From contig MU008150.1 in NCBI GenBank assembly GCA_010909165.1, positions 124,001 through 188,000 on the forward strand: a stretch of DNA of 64,000 nucleotides, in the 5' to 3' direction. The DNA is from Anthoceros angustus (Eukaryota > Plantae > Anthocerotophyta). Below, one piece after another: positions 57,500 to 64,000 of this stretch. Under the pieces are notes generated by a model, which made no database searches, was not told where the DNA came from, and saw nothing but the letters and a program-made list of their open reading frames with translations. Position 1 is the first letter of the stretch. Each line of letters begins with the position of its first letter. The position numbers and the translations under genes were made by a program.

Positions 57500-60400
57500 C
57501 ACGGTGGTAGATGTTGAAGTTCGAATAGCTTTGTCTTGATAAGCTCACGTATGCGGACTTGTAGAGTGCTATCCCTTGCAAAGCGAGAACCCGTATGCCA
57601 AAATAAATGTCTCCGATATCAGCGGTCGATCCGGTGCTTGGGTCGCTTCCTCCGTTACAAACCCTCTCTATCAACATTGTGTGGAGCCAATATCTCCTCT
57701 GGTAGGTACCTTCCCTCAAACGCATTGCTATTCTCTGTCACCCACCACTGGACAACTAGGTAAGGTTCGTCACATAAGAAATCCAAGTCTTCGACTTACG
57801 CAATCGAAGGCACATTACGATGCTGTCTCACATGGGACTGCAATCATATGGCCTCGTCTGATCTCGGACACATCCCCATCGAATCTCGCCAACTCGATGG
57901 CTGCGGCTCCCGGTGGCCTAAAATTCCGACATACATAGCCTTGGTTGCGGGGTTCGCGAGCTGGGAATGACAAAGACATCTGGAACGTCGATGGGATTTA
58001 AGTTCCGCTCGGCCTTCCTGTTGTACCACTCCCATGCTTTTGAAGATCTCGATGGACTCCTCCTCGATTTTATCGCAAATATCGGTGATGCCAGAATGAG
58101 TTCCACCATACTTTGTCTTCCGAGATAGATATTTTTGCATCGGTTCTTGAGGGCTTTCCTAATGGCTCCAATGATTTATGCGGTGTCCATGGTTTTCCCA
58201 TCTGATTGAAGTGGACATAAAGGCGCTCCCCTTATATCTGGTATTCTCAAGGAACTCCAAACCCTCAGCGGTTCCCAATGTGAACAAGTAGAAAGTGCCT
58301 TGCCACGAAGGCTATTACAGTGGCGCCCGACTCTTTCTTCCCTTGAAATTTTGAATTGATCTTGATAACTATGATTGTGCAAATTCCTTACACGCATCTC
58401 GTGTCCCTCTTTTACCCATCCCATTGGGCGGACAAAGCTCACATCGGCCACCTCGGAAACCATTTTCACTTCGGATTGGGTGTATAAGCGATGAATCAAA
58501 CTCATAAGGGTTTGAGTGACATTGCTTTTTGTGCACGAGACTTTTAGAAAAGCACGAGAACATTTGATCAAGCTGCATCATGTGTGTGCGACAAGAAGGA
58601 AGCCCACCTTCACCTTATCGAAGACCCGCTTCTCGACAAGCATACTTAAGTATGCAAACAACAACATATTCTTGTTTTCTCTGGCCGTGTTGTCCAGTTG
58701 CAAGTAAAAGCGTCTTGTGACATCTCATAGGTGAGAATAACATCCTGGATGATATGAATAGTTAAGTTGGCGTCGTTCCGAATATTCGGGAAGTTCACAA
58801 ACACCCTGGTCTTCATAATGTTGTTGTATACCAAACAACCCACAACATGGACCGAATGAGACCATCGCAAAATCCTTTGGAGGCGGGAAAATGTAGCTCG
58901 TCTTGCTTTGGTCCATCCGTCTATCGCCATTCCAATGTATTTGCTCGGTTGGCCTTTACACTTCAAGCGATGTTTTGCAAGTTTTAGTCGCTCTGCTTGA
59001 TCGGGCCGATGTTCGGAGGTCTTGCTCATGGACCTCATCACGATGAAATGGATCACATGGTCGAGTGTTGTCCTTGGTGCGCAGTGCATGGACCCGGGCA
59101 TCTGCACATGCGCACCGGTCTTCATAATGTTGTTGTATACCAAACAACCCACAACATGGACCCGGATGAGACCATCGCAAAATCCTTTGGAGGCGGGAAA
59201 ATGTGGGAGCTCCGTCTTGCTTTGGTCCATCCGTCTATCGCCATTCCAATGTATTTGCTCGGTTGGCCTTTACACTTCAAGCGATGTTTTGCAAGTTTTA
59301 GTCGCTCTGGATCGCCGATGTTCGAGATGCTCATGGACCTCATCACGATGAAATGGATCACATGGTCGTTGTCCTTGGTCTCGCAGTGCATGGACCCGGC
59401 GGCCAAGCATGCGCGCCTTGCGCCCCGGGTCTTGGTGCGCCAAGTGCGGCGTCTTGTGCGCGCGCACAAGTGCGCCGCGCGCACAAGTGCGCCGCCGTGC
59501 TGCGCCGAATAGCACCTCCGCTGGGGTGGCGGCGCAATCGCGCACCCCACGGTCGCGCAAATCGCGCACCCGGTTCATCTGTGATTTGGTGCATCACTAA
59601 TGTCGTGGCGCTTGCGCCTCGAGATTCCCACTGTGCCGCACAAGTGCGCGCACCGGCGGTGAGCAAGCGAGTCTAGGCGGTTGGAGTGCTCATGATTCCA
59701 TGGAAGTCAAAAAACTACGGATATGAAATACCTTGTTCTTGTCGGTTCTTTGGTCATCTCGATGCATTTGTCTTCAACGTTCGCATTGGACGCATTTTGA
59801 AAAGCTACACTTTGGTATCTTCACTTTTGGAAAATGTTTCTTCCATAAGGCCTGAAGTGAGAATGAGAGGCGTTGGTCAAACCACTCTTGAAACCTCCCG
59901 TTTGTAGTCACGGAATATCTCTCCTTTGGTATATGAATCGGCAAGTTGAAAAGCGAAACATTGGGCATTCGTTGTTAGCTTGAAAAACTTTTCCATCAAG
60001 CAATGCATTCGAACATGATCTTGATTGGGCGTCCTTGGAACTTCAATTCGATGACCATGGTGTGTTCGTTAGTACTCTCTGTTTCAAATGTTCATACCTT
60101 CGCCATCCAAGAACACTTTTAAACTTCGTACACAACATTGCAACTTTCTTGTCTCGGAGAAAATTGAGAACATTGCGACCGATAGGTTGCTTGTTCTACC
60201 TCGAGCAATCCTTGCAAATATATTTCCTGCTTCTCGAGGCAATCCCAAGCGATATCGAGGCTCTCTATATTCTTCTTTCCCAATTCGACAAACAACTGCG
60301 CTTCTGACAATGCGAACACTTTTACGAAACTTCGTACACAACATTGCAACTTCTGTCTCCGGAGAAAATTGAGAACATTGCGACGATAGGTTGCTTGTTC

Positions 60401-61105
60401 TACCTCGAGCAATCCTTGCAAATATATTTCCTGTTCTCGAGGCAATCCCAAGAAGCGATATCGAGGCTCTCTATATTCTTCTTTCCCAATTGCGACAACT
60501 GCGCTTCTGACAATCACGAAGACCATCGTTATGTATTTCTTCAATCTTGCCGACTTCATGGTCCTCTTCAATCTCGGCTTGGATAATGTCTACGCTTCAG
60601 GGCAATGTTGACTCGGCGTTTACGTGAATGGCTCGGCTGGATGCCCTTCTTGGTGGTGTTACGTGCCCGCATCCTCATTCACGCAAAATTCGGTCCCATC
60701 ATTCCGACCTCCTCCATGGATCGATGAAGAAACAATTTCACATCGCGTTCCATCTTGACCAATGTTGGATTCCTAATCCGGATTGGCGTGGTCTCGAATC
60801 CTTGGCCTACATTCTATCCCTTCTCCAGGAGTTGTATCGATTCTGAGACCTACCGATGCCTTCCATGCTCGGAGTGGTGTCCATGATTGTCACCTTCTCC
60901 ACCTTCGGCTTGAATCTGAGAGGCAAGGCTACACCAAACCATCTATCGTGATACATTGTCCACATACATCGCCGCCAGATGGCCTTCCAATCGCCCCTGG
61001 ACCTGCGGTAGAGAATAGGGTGGAAGCGTTGTGCATTTGCTAGCTCTTCAAACTTGCAGAATGTCGCAACTCGAGAGGAAGGAGAGCTTCGTATTCATTG
61101 TCCAT
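57500..61105 (-). mobile_element. Degenerate Sola1-like DDD transposase gene
   Basis: In order: LQCCVRS; MP..LP..LWKKHFPKVKIPK..FSKCVQC; PSKYIGMAIDGMDQSKTELPHF; VHVVGCLVY..DANLTIHII; LQLDNTARENKNMLLFAYLSMLVEKRVFDKVKVGFLLVxHTHxxLDQMFS (58550-58700). Local tandem duplications at 58810-59400 and 60120-60510. Element ends not located. Confidence 0.7.
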
Positions 61106-62104
61106 CTTCGTTTGAACCTTAAAATATCCATAGATGATTATGGTGGCGAGGTTTAACCGTTATAGTAGCGCCAATGTTAATTACCGAATGTTAGGCTATG
61201 AAACCTAGACTTAACCTTCAACCCAGATTAGTTAACCCAGTTGGCAAGCCGTTAACCCGGCCGCACATGATTGTGCCACAGAAACATACGGTTGGGGTGA
61301 AGTGTGCGATAGGCGTTTTCATGTCAGAGGATTCCAGATTGCAGGAGCAAGAGGACTACGGATTAGGTCGGCAAGGCGTGACAACAAGAGGAGGGGGCGA
61401 GCGCAGATACCTGGATTGCAAGGCGCGGCGGTGTCGTGAGTTGTGCAATAGTGTCACGCCGCATCTCGGGTTATTCTAGCCAGTCGGTGTGTGCTTGAAT
61501 CTCGTGTGTGCGGTGTCTGCGCGGGCACCCTCGGTGCCGTGTCCACACTCACGCAGTGCAGCGTTCTTATGTGACCACCCTTGGCGCTTTCGTATGCAGC
61601 GAGAACCCCGGTGCGCTCTCTTGTGGTAGCCACCCTGCGCGCTTGTGCGGCGCAGGCTTTGCGACCCCGTTTGCTGTGCGCGGCGTTGCTTATGCGCTTG
61701 TGCGGCGAGCACCCTCGGTGAGCGCTTCATTTGGCTGCTTGCTTCTCCGTGCATCCTTGGTCCATGATTTTGACATGCAGGCAAGAACCGCGTTTGTGAC
61801 AGGCATTTCATGGTCTCGTTTTGGGCGGTGACGCGTTTTGGCGGGCTGGGAACGCGATTGAGGTGCAGCTTTGGGCGCGTTTGCAGCGATTTAGGTGGCT
61901 TTTGTGGCAGGCGGTGTAGACAATTTTCACTGTTGGAGGTCTGGGTGTATACTATATAGAGAGAACCCGAAATAGCAGGTTTGTGGACCCATAATGTGGC
62001 TTGTTCCATGACATCAAATCACCTTCAACCTTCCTTTGTTCCGTGCTTGAGTACATGTTGTCTCGATTTTCAATGCTTCACGTGTGCACCTTCGGTTGAC
62101 AGAC

Positions 62105-63370
62105 ATGTCCATCCCAAATCGGCAAGTGCGTGCAAAACATGCCAACTTGGTTGAACCTCCACCACAGCCCAAACCTCCAAAACGCAAAAGAACAGAAGTC
62201 AGTGTCGAGGCACGAGCTTCCGGGAAACGGAGGAGTGCAGCAGGAGGAGGTGCGGGTGGTGGTCATGACCAACCAACATCCAGACCAGCAGCTGCTGTAA
62301 AGTCAACTCTGCTTCCACAAGGAGCATTAGATGGGAAGAGCGGACCTTCCCAAGGGCCATCACAGCGGCGGCCTCGACAAAGCAAGGGAGCATCAGGGCT
62401 GCTTGATGACAGCGCATTAACATTGTTCGATGATATTGGGATTGTGCCAGGGACCACTTTGGAGAATCCTTTCACTACGGCTGAGAAGAATGTCTTGACT
62501 GAAATTTGTACTGATCTATCGAGCAGGCTACTTGGACAAGGAATGAAAACATCCATGAAGAAGGAACGGACTCCACCCAACAGAATTTTGATCCCATTCC
62601 GACGCTCTGGGTGAACGGGTATATGGATGTGTTGAGAACGCAGAAGATTGTAGTTGGGTACATTCTTTGGGCTTGGAAGTATGAAGTCCGTGCGCAATTC
62701 AAAATGAAGCTTCTAATATGCACAATGAAGGAGAAGTTCTTTGTGAAGAATTCTAACTATCATCGCCTGCTGGTCTTGAGTGCGGACAAGCTGATTCCAA
62801 GGCGATGCAATAACAGCATAATATTTGAAGCGGCTGAATATACATCAAGCGGCTTTTGACGTGAATATACGCGGAACGGGGTTTTTGATGGGCATTGAAA
62901 TGCCATATTTAAGCATACCCTGCAAGAAGGCACACAATTAGGGTGTCATAGAAGTTTATATCTTTCACGCCCATGGTAGACAAAAGGTTTCCTTCTATAG
63001 GGGCGACCATTGTTTTCGATGGAAATGATGCCCATGTTGTTAATCCATGCGATTCGTTAAACAACGATGAAATGAACATGGACGATCATCTACGTAGTAG
63101 CATCGAAGGAATGCATACGGCTATTTCTATATTCATGCTATACATCCCATCCAGATCTGATGGCGTCTTTGTACTGTGAGGGTATGAAGACCCTAAACAT
63201 ACCATAAGTGACACACTTGGGCGGCATGCGCCAAATCCAATATTTCGTGCCTTGGGCGCCGGCATCGCGCCCAAGATTCATGGTCTTTGGCAATGAATGC
63301 GGACGTCGGACGGACACCCTCCTTCTTCTAAGAAATGGCTTCTCCAGAGCTCGCGTCGGATGAGACACCT
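62105..63370 (+). pseudogene. Unidentified frameshifted ORF divergent from the transposase, with NLS-like PKPPKRKR
   Basis: Consecutive coding-like frames 62084-62614, 62611-62859 and 62973-63179; TATA-like tatactatata at ~61947. Confidence 0.4.
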
Positions 63371-63489
63371 AAGCAAGTGGCTAAGAAACCACCTGAAGCG
63401 TGATGGCTTCTCCAGACAGGCTATAAAAAACAAGGAGCATGGAGGAGCATAGGGCATGAAGAAGAAGAAGAAGAAAGATGAGGGCAGGA

Positions 63490-63735
63490 GGGCGCCGGCA
63501 TGCCGGCGTCTTCATTCAACATATACTTTATGTTTTGGGATATTCAACATGGGAAAGTTAATGAAGTGGTAAGACTAGGGGATTATGCTGGAGAGGTCTT
63601 GGGTTCAAGTTTTGTTTTAGGGCGCCGGCATGCCGGCGCCCTTTACAAATAAAATTTTCCTAAATGGAGAGGTCTTGGGTTCAAGGTTCGTTTTAAGGCA
63701 TGCCGGCGCCCTTTAAAGATAAATTTTTCCTAGTG
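63490..63735. repeat. GC palindromes and a candidate transposon terminus
   Basis: Perfect 24-bp palindrome agggcgccggcatgccggcgccct at 63619-63642, variants at 63490 and 63697. Ends aaatttttcctagtg (reverse complement CACTAGGAAAAATTT). Confidence 0.55.
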
Positions 63736-64000
63736 TGTAGGGAATATGGATTGAAATGAGAGAGATTATAATATGACGTTACTAGTTCAAGTCATGCTTT
63801 TTTTATTTTGGCCAGCATAGTTTGCGTTGTCTATTTTGGCCAGCATAGTTTGTGTTGTAAAAGTGATAGATAATTCGTTCGGTTTGAAATCTCCTTATTC
63901 TTGTAATTCCTAATCTTGGACTCAAAATCATGGAAATTATTTTCAAATTTCAACGGTTTCTAAGCACTGCTTGAAATTACCCATGCCCTAATATTCATGA

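Noticed and set aside
58810-60510. Tandem duplications inside the Sola-like transposase as a biological domain expansion
   Set aside because: Copies differ mostly by indels and break frame; more consistent with assembly stutter.

Overview
Eukaryotic land-plant nuclear DNA. Dense genes, ~85-180 bp introns, MEX1, STOP1 and PLS-class PPRs suggest a compact lycophyte genome such as Selaginella (inference). Host genes: an intronless poly(A) polymerase, a coiled-coil protein gene (tandemly duplicated), an intronless MEX1, a P-class PPR, a 4-exon mitoribosomal mL59-like gene, a STOP1-like zinc finger and a large RUN-PX-Rubicon-homology gene. After 43.8 kb come a patchwork of EF-hand/PPR/unknown gene fragments, a pogo-type MITE and a degenerate Sola1-like transposase with a divergent partner ORF. 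The standout is a 17,290-bp DNA transposon (7639-24928) with perfect 27-bp TIRs (TATGG...CCATA), a perfect 6-bp TSD (TAAGAT) and an IS3EU-type DDE transposase. It also carries frameshifted cargo: a HECT E3-ligase-like C-terminus, a possible USP-like protease, several unidentified reading frames and two inverted internal repeat arrays. Caveat: many single-base frameshifts, even in conserved host genes, and local duplications look like uncorrected long-read or assembly errors, so pseudogene calls are provisional.
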